Positions 11,994 to 23,810 of a DNA stretch of 64,000 nt are shown in pieces. The position numbers and the translations under genes are program-made. The stretch comes from Eledone cirrhosa. Lineage: Eukaryota. Positions within the stretch are counted from its first letter, which is position 1. Each line of letters starts with the position of its first letter. The stretch lies in assembly GCA_964016885.1 (NCBI GenBank), contig OZ024747.1, forward strand, positions 45,322,001 through 45,386,000. The letters run 5' to 3'. The notes beneath the pieces were generated by a model that was given only the letters and a program-made list of their open reading frames with translations, searched no databases and was not told where the DNA came from.

Positions 11994-14600
11994 ATCATCA
12001 TCATCATTTTATGTCCGCTTTTACTTGCTTGCAGTGGGACGGGTCCTATTCAGCACAGTCCTTGTCACAGTCATCTCCTCCGTGAGCTTCAGCGATCTGA
12101 AGTCTGCTCTCACCACCTCTGCCCATGCTTTTTGTGGTTTTCCTCTACTGGGATTTCTTGGCACTTCTTTACTCAGCAGTCATCCTCCATGCGCATCACA
12201 TGTTCATACCATCTCAGCCTTCTCTCCTGCACACCACAACTTATCCCTCTTATAACCAGTTTCTTTATCAACTCATCTATGCTTGGTCATTCACACACAT
12301 TCATTGCACATCCAGCGGAGCATGCTTGCGTCATTTCTCTCCAGCCATCACCTATCCTCTGCAGTTGCTGCCCATGTCTCACTAACATGCAGCATCGTGC
12401 ATCTCACACAGGCGTCATAAAACCATCCTTTTGTACACAGGGAGAAACCCTTCTTTGTCAAGAGAGGAAGCAGCTCCCTAAACTTCTTCCAACCTGTCAT
12501 TCTAGATACTATGGCCTCAGAACACCTCCTCCCATGCTAATCTGATCACATAGGTGTCGGAAGCTATCAACTATTTCTATAGAACCCACCTGCACTGGAA
12601 AAATGTGTCTATCACTGCGATTACTACTGCCAACTTTCCCTGTACATCTACTGCATATGTAGTTTTCCCTACCTGTTAGTTTGCCTGCTATCCCACTACA
12701 TCTCTTGTGTACCCAAGATCGGCATTGTGTACATTTTATAGAATTTATGCCAGTTCCTTTTCTGCATATCGAACATGGCAATTTCCCTGATGGAATCAGA
12801 GTTTTGTCCTCTTTTCTACTTATCAACACTTTTGTCTTAGCTAGATTCACTCTCAGTCCTCTTGCTTCCAATTGCTGTTTCCATAGCCAGAATTTATTCT
12901 CTAGCTCCTCTACTGATTCTGCTATAAGAATCAGATCATCAGCATAGAGAAGTTCCCATGGGCAGCCAGTCTTAAACTCCTCTGTTATGGCTTGGAGGAC
13001 TATAATGAACAAGATCAGGCTGAGGACGGAAACCCTGATGTACACCTACTTGTATCTGCAATTCCTCACTAAACTCCATTCCTACTCTGACTTTACTGAG
13101 AGTACCTCTGTACAAAGCTTGCACTGTCCTCACAAGCCATTCCTCTACACCTAGTTTCCTTAGGGACCACCAGATGACAGATCGGGGTACCCTATCAAAG
13201 GCCTTCTCTAGGTTAACAAAAGCTAAGTATAGTGGCTTATACTTCTCTAAGAACCTCTCTTTTAGTTGTCTCACTAAGAGGGCATCTGTTGTACTCTTCC
13301 CAGGCACAAAACCAAACTGCATCTCATCTAATTTGACCCTTTCTCTAATCAGTTGTGCCAATAGTCTCTCTGCCACTTTCATAACCTGATCCATCTGCTT
13401 TATGCCCCTATAATTGCTTCTTTCCAGAGCATCCCCTTTACCTTTGTAGCAATTTATGAGAATACTACTGCACCAGTCTTTGGGACTGACACCACCATAT
13501 ATAGCTTGATTGATGATGCGTGCAACTAGTTTAGGCTCCTACTTCTCCTGATGCCTTCAGCATCTCAGCAACTATCCCCAATGGTCCAGCAGCCTTACCA
13601 TTTTTCATTTCCTTAATTGCCTCTTGTACCCTATATTCGTCAATCTCAATAGCTGGTCCCTCACTTGGGTCTACTGGGGGTAATTTCTCTCTCTCCCATT
13701 CGTTCTCCACATTCATCAGTCTCTCATAATGACATTTCCAGGCCTCCTTTTATTGATCATTCGTGACACTAAGTACACCGGCATCATTCCAGACACACTT
13801 ATCTCCAACAACATCCTGATTTGCACTGACACATTGCCTTGCAATGCGGAACACAGCACATCTCTGATCTTCCCATCGCAGAACATTGGCAAACCTCCTA
13901 CTCTCAGCCTCCCTGCATGCTAAGTACACCTGACATCTAGCTTCTCTCTTAGCCGCTGTGTATCCTTCCCTACTCCCACCATTTTTCCAAGCATTCCATG
14001 CCAGTCTTTTGTCTCTAATGGCCTTATCTACTGTGCTGTTCCACCACTAGGTCTGGTTAAAGTTCTTCCCCAGCCACAAGTTTATTCAGTAGCCTGCAGT
14101 AAGCTGTCACGTAATAAATTCCAGTTATCATCTATGTCATACGACTCTAAATCGTCTTCTTTCTCGTCATACACATCTTGAAGGGCTTTCCTAAATTTAT
14201 ATTTTAGTGAAAGGTCTTTTAGCTTCCAGATCTTTCTTCTCCACACCTTCCTGTATGTCTCATTCTTTCTCTTGCTTACTGAGATGTCACTAATGACTAA
14301 CCTATGCTGTGGGGTACATTCTTCCCTAGAGTATGCCTTAGTATTTGACACCATCTGTCTGTCTAGCTGTCTAACTAGTAGGAAGTCAATTTGGCTTATG
14401 TGCTTGCCCGATTTGTAGGTTATTAGGTGGTTGGTAGGTTTCTGGGAGTTAGTGTTGCAAATGGTTAGTGCATTTGCATTACAAAATTCAAGAAGCCTCA
14501 CTCCTTCTTCATTTCTTGAGCTGGACCGTGCCCACCATGTATCCCAGTGTATCCATCCTGGAGCAGTCCAACATGACCATTAAAGTTCCCTACTAGCATA
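11994..14600 (-). mobile_element. 5'-truncated RTE-clade LINE (APE endonuclease, RT, PHD-type finger), frameshifted
   Basis: ORFs 14082-14501 (APE: ICNTN..HLITYKSGKHISQIDFLL..PQHRLV), 13531-13716 (KAAGP), 12972-13394 (QFGFVPGKST, LAFVNLEKAFDRVPR, GVHQG) and 12509-13045 (LLYADDL plus C4HC3 finger). 3' tail CCCGTCCCAC..GCGGACATAAAATGATGATGA. Confidence 0.95.
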
Positions 14601-14659
14601 TATTTATTTTAAAATCTCCCATTATAATTTTATGAAGGAACATTTATTATATTATGTTT

Positions 14660-14812
14660 AGAGTCGGACGCCGTGCTTTCCAGCATAGTTGAATCCTGAG
14701 TTCAAATCCCGCCGAGGTTCACTTTGCCTTTCATCCTTACGGGGTCGATAAAATAAAGTACCAGTAATACACTGGGTAATTGCTGGCCTTGTGCCAAAAG
14801 TAGAAACAATTA
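14660..14812 (+). mobile_element. tRNA-derived SINE family C
   Basis: B-box GAGTTCAAATCCC followed by TTTGCCTTTCATCCTTACGGGGTCGATAAAATAAAGTACCAG. Near-identical copies at 18530-18715, 23605-23810 and 46570-46705. Confidence 0.8.
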
Positions 14813-15109
14813 TATTAAGTTTGAAAAATAAGTTTAATAATGAGGAATTTATTTTATATTGTTAACTCTTTAATTATTAAAACATAATTTGAAAATTATG
14901 GCCAGTGTATTTCATTATACCTATGTATGGACAGAGTGTCCACTTTCAAATAACTTTTCTAGCATTAGAACCAGTGAGGGTGTCATGTGTTTTGGTATCA
15001 AAATGGTTAAATGAAGGAAGCACACATTGAATAATTGTATCGGTAAAAAAGAAAGCAAAACTAAAAACATGTTTGTTCAGACAAGAATGCTTCCTGGTCA
15101 ACAGATTAT

Positions 15110-15270
15110 TTGTAGAGGCAACAGTGGAAATATAAACAACAAAAGCAATGGCAACAACAGCAATGAAAACAACCACAGCAACAACAGCCTCAACAGTAAC
15201 ATCAATAACTGCAGGAAAGACAACATCAACATAAATAACATCAACAGCAACAATAACAGCAACAACGAGG
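15110..15270. repeat. Degenerate (AAC/AGC)n low-complexity tract
   Basis: Trinucleotide periodicity; produces spurious N-rich and L/V-rich ORFs. Confidence 0.7.
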
Positions 15271-18200
15271 TGGTGAAGTGTATATAAGTCCTTGACACAG
15301 AAAAAATAACCCTGATATTTAGAATTCATAGTTTATTTCAATTATACTTGGTTATTGAAATTACATAAACATTTGCTGACAGATGGTTATTTTAGATTTA
15401 ACATGAAAATAAGTAGCATATATTTCACCACTCACATTATCTGCTAGTGTAATGACACATACACACACACAATTAAGTATACAAAATAAAAGAAAAAGAT
15501 TAAATTAATTTATTAGCAAACTGAAAATAACACCACCACCAACAACAACAATAATAATAATAATAATGAATTTCATGAATAAAAATCTCAATAGTATGAA
15601 ATTTATAAAAAAATTTTAAATTACAAATAAATTTGCATGCAGTTAAAAATTAAACAAAACAATATAGAAATAATCTTTAAAAAGTGAAGTAGAGAGAATG
15701 AGAGACATATATATACTGATTATTTTCCAATTTATACACACGTATGTGTGTGTATATATATATGTGTATATATATATATATAGGTAGAGAGGAAAAAGGG
15801 ATAGTAAACAAACAAACAATAATACTAATAATAATGTTCACCATAATATCAAGAATTCAAATTTGTTTGAAAAGGTTAATGGTAGGATATCATGGAAAAA
15901 TAGTGGCTCGGAGCAGACAGAAATTAACTGTAAGATTACATGGCTGCCTTAAGAACAACTTAAACAAATAAAACAAAGAAATGAAAATAAAATTCCTAAA
16001 CACCAGACAATAATAATAAGAAAAAAGCCAACAAAAATTAAAAGCTGCTGAGCAATCAGGCCTGAAGAATTGAATTGAGAAGGCAAAACAAGTGGGATAT
16101 GCAACATATAATACTAATTGGTGCTTTTAAAAATTCATTTACGCTGATCACTTTTAATTTCGTTGAATTTATTTCTGTCTTTTCCTCTTTCTATTTCTTT
16201 GTCTTTTCTTTTTCTCTCTTTCACTCGATTATTCTTGTTATTTATCATTCACTCTGTTTTCACTTATTATTGTTATTATTATTATTTTTATTCATCAAAA
16301 TCACCAGTGTTCTCTCTTCTGTTTGTTGTTAAAATGCCAAAATGCTACAAAGCATAAAAATGTTGATATGATGCCAAGGTTTCACAGTATATACATCTAT
16401 ATATATATATAAATGTAAAGACATTTCTGCTTTCAAAGAATCGAAATTATATAGACTAGCAAGGTGTCTCTTTGCCATGTAGACCAAGGCAACCTCTCTA
16501 ATGTTAGTCCCACAATAAAATACTCCCAGTACTTTCAATAAAGTAGTTAACAATTGTAGAGAGGATGCTTTAGTCATGTCAAGGGCATGACAATCTCTAT
16601 AGTACTGCTGCCATAGTAAAATATACAGTTGGGCCTGACATATAAAATATAGTTCTGTTTCATGCATCATTGATAAAATCAGAAAAATTGCAAGATTCTC
16701 CTGCAAATTTCACATAAAAAACATCTTACATGGCTATGTGTAACATAATGGGAAATATTTGCAACAGACTTGGATTACAGAAACAGAAGGAACCGTCTTC
16801 TAGCAATGCTAGAGGGATTCTGAAAATAAGATCATCTGTATTGAAAGTAATCAAGATAAGGACAATTTTGATTTTGAAACCTTGGAACCAATAGAAGATA
16901 GTGCCAAAAAATTTGCTTGGGAGCAAAAAATCATTTTTAATTTGTTTAATCAACTTAGCAAACTTTTTTCGAAATAACTTATGCAGAAATATATTTTACA
17001 CAGGAAAGAGAGAAATGAGAAGTTGTGTGCTCTCATACAATGCCTTGAGTAGATCATTGTTGCTTTTGACAATAAATGTTCCAGTTTATTGATCAATAAG
17101 TCACTGTGTTCCTAAAATTAACATGTAAGTGATTAAGCATTCCAACGATAGGTGTAATCTTAATGAAACTCTCAACATGGCCCTTAAATTACAAATAGAA
17201 TCAATCTGATGGGCTTCCAAAACGTTGTTTACCCAATTTCACTCACAATACAAAGGTCAATCTGAGTTTGTGGTAAATGATATTTCCTAAGATGTCAAAT
17301 GGTGGGATTGGAACTGAAACCTACTAGTCGACATATAAGTTAACAGTGGAAACAATTATAAAAAGGAAGTTTGGCAATATTGCTGTTGCCTACGCCCAAG
17401 TCTTTGTTAATATCTTCTAAAAAGCAAATATTAGGTTATGTTTTTTGCTGTGCCTGCTGACACTACATCTAGTGAGACAAATGGAGATATTCAAGAAATG
17501 CTCTACCAGCCATCTTTGATTACTTTAATGAAGAACTTTGATGTAATTATTAACTCCTAATGTTCTGTACCACATGAAACCGCATTAGCAAAACATGTTT
17601 CATAAGTACAAAATAGCGCTAAGAATAAAGTATAGAAATACACATGATTGCAAATTCATGAAGAAAAGATAATTTTCATAAACTTTAGAGAATGTGCTGA
17701 CAAGAGTGAGTTTAAATGCAACACAAAAATGAGAAATGATAATCATGGCTACCCCAATGACACAAGCCTGGAGGATGTGAGAGAATGCTCTCTGGGATGC
17801 AGAATCCCAGGTGCAATGTGCTTCATATTCCCAGCAGAAAGAATGGAGAAAACATTGTCTAGGATGATAGCAAGAGGGACATATTGAAATAGTCATTCCA
17901 ACAGACAGGGCTCACTCCTTCAATTGGCCAAGTCCACCTCAACAACAAGAAGAATGGAAGTGTTACAGGGACCAAGAACACAAAGTGGCTGATACTTCAA
18001 CAGCTTGTGATCTTTAGCAATGAAACATGGGTCTTTCAAAGAATGCACCAGCTTGCTACTGGAGAAAATGTTGCTGCATGTTGTTGTGTTCCAGATGAAG
18101 GGTTTACTACCATAAAATTGGAAGATTGTGATATCTTCTGTTATCTCCTCACTCAAACCCCACTGGTTCATCCTGCAAACAGAAATCAGCAGCATTCAGA

Positions 18201-18529
18201 CTATGCTCTTTGTGCTTATTGTGGTAGTGACATCAAAGTACTGGATAAAATGTCTAGTTGCATTTGTTCTGGTTCTCAGTATATACAGATGAAATATTGA
18301 TAAATTAAACTTTGCTGTTTATCAATTTAAGGTCAATAACTAAAGTACCAATCAAGTATTGGGGTTGATTATTCTTTTGTTTTTTATCATTTAGTCAGGA
18401 GGAAATACAGTGCCTATTATACATTCCAGACCTCCAAGACTTGACCTGAATTCTTGCAACAATGTAGGCTCTGCTAAAGGAACACATATGACAGGGCAGA
18501 TGGATGTGTTAAACTAGGTAACAGATAAA

Positions 18530-18715
18530 TAATTGTTTCTACTTTAGGCACAAGTCCAGCAATTACCCAGTGCATTACTGGTACTTTATTTTATCGACCC
18601 CGTAAGGATGAAAGGCAAAGTCAACCTCGGCGGGATTTGAACTCAGATCGTAAAGGGACGTAACTATGCTGGAAAGCATGGCGTCCGACCCTCTACCGAT
18701 ACAGCCAACCACCTA
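18530..18715 (-). mobile_element. tRNA-derived SINE family C, near full length
   Basis: Reverse complement GGTGGTTGGCTGTATCGGTAGAGGGTCGGACGCCATGC..GAGTTCAAATCCCGCCGAGGTTGACTTTGCCTTTCATCC..AAAGTAGAAACAATT. Confidence 0.85.
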
Positions 18716-19645
18716 ATTAATCCATGTTGGTAATTGAACTCAGAACATAGAAAGTAAAGAACCAGAACTAATAGCACAAATCCTCCAGTTTGATATGCTA
18801 ACAACCCCACCAGTCCATCATTTTAGACTGGCACATTATTAACCCGAGAGGGATGAAATAAAAAGTTGATCTCTGTGGGAATTTAACTCAGAATGCAAGA
18901 AATCAGAATAAATACTACAAGGCATTTTTAACAACACTAACACGTTTGTCAACCTTTCTCTCTCTCTCTCACTCAGAATTGACTAAGCTGCATGGTGCAT
19001 GGTGAGAGTGCCATAGTAGATCACTCACACTGTCTATGTTGTCAGAAAAGACAGGAAACACAACTGACATAATTAAAAAAAATCTTCACAGAGCTCAGAA
19101 TAACTGCCCACACTCCATGAGTTGGTGATTGCAGACAGTGATGATGAATATGCTTATTGTTAACAGTTTTGTTGGGTTGGGTAGGTATTGTCAGAAAATG
19201 GTTTCTCTCACAGACACACACATACACACACATATATATATATGTTGTTTTGTTTTATATTTGTCTGGCCTGTCTTTGAATAACACTTGTAGACCACTGT
19301 ACCTCACTTTACATAGCAGATTCTTTTGAAATTATTACATGATAAGGGAAACAACAAAAATGATTTATGAGGATAGAACGATATCTTTATTTCTACTTTG
19401 ACAGGGGTGGTTTCCTACAGTAATTTATCTTTGCCTTAATACTTAGAGTCTTCTTCTTAATATATATATACACATACAGACAGACTATAAAGACTTCTGT
19501 CTGTCTGTCTGTATGTCTGTATGTCTATCTTTAGTTCTCTGTCCACTTGTATGTATGCATACACTTAACTATGTAAGCCTATATATTTGTACACAGTGTT
19601 CAATACATATACAGAGATGTACAAATATATACATGCACACACACA

Positions 19646-19683
<38 letters not shown>

Positions 19684-19857
19684 CATATATATATATATGT
19701 TTTCAAGGAGAACATAAGTTAGCTTATATTGAAATAAGTACTACTGTAAAACCCCTAAAACTAAAAACAAAATATACTGTTCTAGATGTTTTGTATTGTA
19801 GCACCCTTTAATGTATGAATGGTTGACTTAATACTGGGATTAAAATAATCTATGAGC

Positions 19858-19901
<44 letters not shown>

Positions 19902-20019
19902 GGTGTGTGTTTGGGTGTGTGTATAGACAAACACACACACACATACGCATATATGTATGTATATATATATGTATATATATATTTATGTTTATATATATAT
20001 ATATTTATGTTTATATATA

Positions 20020-20170
20020 ACAAAGAAGGTGTGGTAAGATACCAGGTGGACCATAATGCAGCAGAGTACTCGATACTTAGGGTAGTAGAGTGAGTAATAT
20101 GAAAAGTTTGGATCTAGCTATTGAAACAGCCAGTGCTCAGCCATCGGGGTCCTGAATCTTTTCATTTGAT
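20020..20170. mobile_element. Short repeat of the same family as 34724-34886 (probably PLE-derived)
   Basis: GTGGTAAG..ACCAGGTGGACCATAA..AGTACTC.ATACTT.GGTAGTAGAGTG.GTAAT is shared with 34736-34805. Inserted in TA repeats. Confidence 0.6.
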
Positions 20171-20183
20171 ATATACATATATA

Positions 20184-20568
20184 TCATCATCATCATTTTA
20201 TGTCCATTTTTCCCTGCTTGCAAGGGTGGGATGGGAACTGATTCTGGCTTGATATCTACAGCTGGATGCCATTCCTAACACCAACCTCATTTACAGTGAG
20301 TGCTAGGTGCTTTTTTTCCGTGGCACCTACACGTCCACTTTACAGTGTGGGCTGGGTGCTTTTTTGCCGTGGCACCTGCACAACCACTTTGCAGTGGAAT
20401 GATAGAGACCCCAGTCCCTATCATCTCATTTCTACAACTCAGTAAACTGGAGCAATGTGAAATAAAGTGTCTTGCTCAAGGAAACAACACATCACCCGGT
20501 CTGAGAATTGAACTCACAACCTTTCGATTGCAAGGCCAATGCTCTAACCACTAAGCCATGTGCCTCTA
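20184..20568 (-). mobile_element. tRNA-derived SINE family A, full length
   Basis: Reverse complement: GAGGCACATGGCTTAGTGGTTAGAGCATTGGCCTTGCAATCGAAAGGTTGTGAGTTCAATTCTC (A and B boxes), CORE-like segment, two ~47-bp internal units, RTE-type (TGA)n tail. Confidence 0.9.
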
Positions 20569-22043
20569 TATATATAAGAACTATAATGATTATATCTGCA
20601 TGTGCACCTAAATCAGGATTGTCAGACGGACTAAAAGACAGGTTTTATGAATCACTAACACATACAACCTCCCAAATAAGCAACGGGGATTTTACAATCA
20701 TTGTTGGCAATTTTAATGAACATGTTGGCCAATTATGCAATGGCTTCGAATGGATCCAGGGAGGTTATGGATTCAGTGCTAGAAATGAGGAAGAATCCAG
20801 GCTTCTGGAATTCTGTAGTGCCGATGATCTATCTATCTGTAACACAAACTTCATAGAACCAGACAATCACTTGTTCATATATAGATCAGGTGAGCATGCC
20901 AGCCAGAAAGACTTTATCACCACCAAAGAACGAGACATAGTGACAGTTGTAAACACAAAGTCCATCCCTGGTAAAGAATGCACCTCCTAACACAACCTAA
21001 TAGTTAACAACTCCATATTTAAGGTTAGACAAACTCAACAACATAGAACAACCTGGAGGAGAAAAATATGGAAGTTAAAGGACCCTCAGCCCAAATTTAG
21101 AGGTAGGTAGCTTGATGCTTTTGACAATAAGGAAGGGCAAATAGTGACATACAATATAGAGGAACAGTGGAAGTTCCTGAAAAATAACCTACTCAAGGTA
21201 ACAAATGAAATCTGTGGTTGGAGTAGGTCTCGAGGTAGAAGTTGAGTGACTTGGTGGTGGAACAGTAAAGTGGAGGACACAATTAGGGCCAAAAGACAGG
21301 TGTGGAAAGAATGGCAGAATGGGGTAAGCAGAGAGCACTACCAGGATGTTAGGAGAGAAGATAGGTGACAGGTATACATTGCAAGATGGGGGGCAGAAAA
21401 CAAACATGTGCTACAATGTGATGACCAAGAGAAGTGGTTTTCAGTGTGACAAGGAAAATTGTGTTGATGGAGAGAAATGTGTCCAAGATGATAATGGTGT
21501 ACTTACACTCATTAACACTGAAAAGAAGGTAGCTGGGATAGTTGCTGAGATGCTGAAAACATCTGGAATGGTGGGTCACAACTTAACGACCCGTATTGTA
21601 AACCACATAATACAAAATGGTGTCATACACAATTACTGGAATAGCAGCATCATCATCAACTGCTACAAGAGAAAACGATATGTCCTAGACACAAAATTAT
21701 AAATGCTTCAAGTTAATTGACCAGGCCATGAAGGTTATAGAAAGAGTTATATCACAGCAGATCAGAGACCGAGTTAAAGTTAAATGAAATGCAATTTGGA
21801 TTTGTGCCAGGTAAAAGTACCACTGATGTTCTCTTCCTTGACAGGTAACTGCAGGAAAAGTACCTAGCTAAAAGTAAACCCCTACACTTGGTATTTGTGG
21901 ACTTCGTAAAAGCTTTTGACAGAATCCCCTGTTCCATTATCTGGTGAGCTCTTACAAAACTATGAGTAGATGATTGGCTTGTGAAGGTTGTACAAGCCAA
22001 GTAAGAGGAACAGTCAGTAACATTAGAATTAACTATGACTATA

Positions 22044-22163
22044 GTTTACGGCCATATCACACTGAAAACACCAGTTCTCATCCAATCACTGAAGTTAAGC
22101 AACATCAAGCCTAGTTAGTACTTACATGGGTGACCGCTTGGGAACCCTAGGTGCCGTAAGCAT
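22044..22163 (+). rRNA. 5S rRNA: 5S rRNA copy, full length, probably a retroposed pseudogene
   Basis: GTTTACGGCCATATCAC..GAAAACACC.GTTCTC.TCC.ATCAC.GAAGTTAAGC..GTTAGTACTT..ATGGGTGACCGCTTGGGAACCCTAGGTGCCGTAAGCA matches the metazoan 5S pattern, and the terminal helix TTACGG/CCGTAA pairs. Most differences from the remembered consensus are CpG to TpG/CpA. Confidence 0.93.
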
Positions 22164-22178
22164 TTACTGCTATTTTAT

Positions 22179-22508
22179 GGAGGCACATAGCTTAGTGGTT
22201 AGAGCATTGGCCTTGCAATCGAAAGGTTGTGAGTTCAATTCTCAGACTGGGTGATGTGTTGTTTCCTTGAGCAAGACACTTTATTTCACCTTGCTCCAGT
22301 TTACTCAGCTGTAGAAATGAGATGATAGGGACTGGGGTCCATATCATTCCACTGCAAAGTGGTTGTGGAGGTGCCATGGCAAAAAAAGCACCCAGCACTC
22401 ACTGTAAATGAGGTTGGTGTTAAGAATGGCATCCAGCTGTAGAAATCAAGCCAGAATCAGTTCCCGTCCCACCCTTGCAAGCAGGGAAAAGCGGACCTAA
22501 AATGATGA
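22179..22508 (+). mobile_element. tRNA-derived SINE family A, full length, directly downstream of the 5S copy
   Basis: A box TAGCTTAGTGG, B box GAGTTCAATTC, TTCCTTGAGCAAGACACTTTA core, tail CCCGTCCCACCCTTGCAAGCAGGGAAAAGCGGACCTAAAATGATGA. Confidence 0.9.
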
Positions 22509-23604
22509 TATAGTGAAGAATTTAACGCGCAGGTTGGAGTACATCAAGGCTCTGTTTATAATCCTGCAGACTATAAGACTGGCTGACTATGAGGGCTTCT
22601 GTAGGCTGATGATTTAACCCTTATAGATGAATCTATGACAAAACTAGAGGAGAAATTCCAAACCTGGAAGCAAGGCCTAAAATCAAAAGGTTTTCAATTC
22701 AACCTGACAAAGTCCAAAGTCCTAATATATAGAAAGGATAACATGGCTCAGATTCCCTCAGGAAAACGGCCTTGCTCTGTGTGCAGGAAAGGAGTAGGTA
22801 GAAACTCCATCCTAAGCCCCATATGGAAACTATAGATACATAAGAGATGTAGTGGGATTTCAGGTAGGTTATAAAAAATGCATATTTTATATGCGGTTGT
22901 TGCACAGGTGCAGTCAGTAGCAACAGTCCACAGGATACTAACTCCTTTAAATGCACAGAGTGCTTGGTAAAAGTAGTAGTTGCTAGTTTCTGTTACTTAG
23001 GCAACCAAATTAGCAGTGGATGTGGATGTTCTGAAAGTACTGTTGCTAGAGTGAGAATGGGATAGAGAAAGTGCAGGGAGCTACTACCGCTGCTAGCCAC
23101 AAAAGATATTCTCTTAAAATGAAGGGCAGCTTGTATGATGCATGAGATTGTAAATAAAGGAAGCTCCCATGCTTCGATGGATGTGTAATAGTAATATACA
23201 TGAATGGCAAAGCATAGATTAACTGAGAGAGAAACTGGGTATAAGAGGAGTCAGATGCAGTGTGCAGGAGAGGAGGATGCATTGGTATAGACATGCAGTG
23301 CATATGGAGGATAACAGCTGTATAAGAAGGTGCAGGAGGCTCAAGCTTGATGGAAGCTACAGTGTAGGAAGACCCAGGAAGTATTGAGATGAGGTGATAA
23401 AAGCTGATCTTGCACAATTGCACCCCTCAAAGCCGATGACACTGGCCTTGTGCAGTAATACAGAAGACTCACCTTCACATGTGCACAGGTTCAAACATAC
23501 ATACATAAGCACTATCACTAACATAGTGTGGTTCATAACAGAGAAGCATATTGTTATGCTTATGTATAATGAAAATACAAGAGTCTCATTGTTAATATTT
23601 TATA

Positions 23605-23810
23605 AGGGTGGGTGGATTGACAGTATCAGTAGAGGGTCGGATGCCATGCTTGGTAGCATAGAGTTACGCCCCTTTACGATCTGAGTTCAAATCCCTCCGA
23701 GGTTAACTTTGCCTTTCATCCTTATGGGGTCGATAAAATAAAGTACCAGTAATGTACCAGTAATGTATCAGTAATTGCTGGGCTTGTGCCAAAAGTAGAA
23801 ACAATTATTA
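23605..23810 (+). mobile_element. tRNA-derived SINE family C
   Basis: Same head and core as 18530-18715, with an 11-bp unit (GTACCAGTAAT) triplicated. Confidence 0.85.

Larger units (their letters stand above)
20575..23500 (+). mobile_element. RTE-clade LINE (APE, RT, PHD-type finger), decayed and interrupted by a 5S-SINE insertion
   Basis: IISACAPKSG..GNFNEHVG..ICNTNF (APE); AGIVAEMLK; QFGFVPGKSTTD; FVDFVKAFDRIP; QVGVHQG; ADDL; CSVCRKGVGRNSIL; C-terminal GRPRK. Many stops and frameshifts. Confidence 0.92.

Noticed and set aside
11988-12545. 185-aa plus-strand ORF
   Set aside because: It is the antisense frame of the RTE C-terminus.
14946-15329. Hydrophobic 127-aa and Asn-rich 86-aa ORFs
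   Set aside because: They derive from a degenerate (AAC)n tract.
17400-18230. Coding-like stretch (ORFs 17648-17887, 18007-18300)
   Set aside because: Only faint RTE-like remnants (SVPHE, IEIV, FSNETW). Too decayed to call as a gene or assign to a family.
22179-22250. tRNA gene (GCA anticodon-like loop)
   Set aside because: There is no acceptor stem and it continues into the SINE body. It is a SINE head repeated in several copies.
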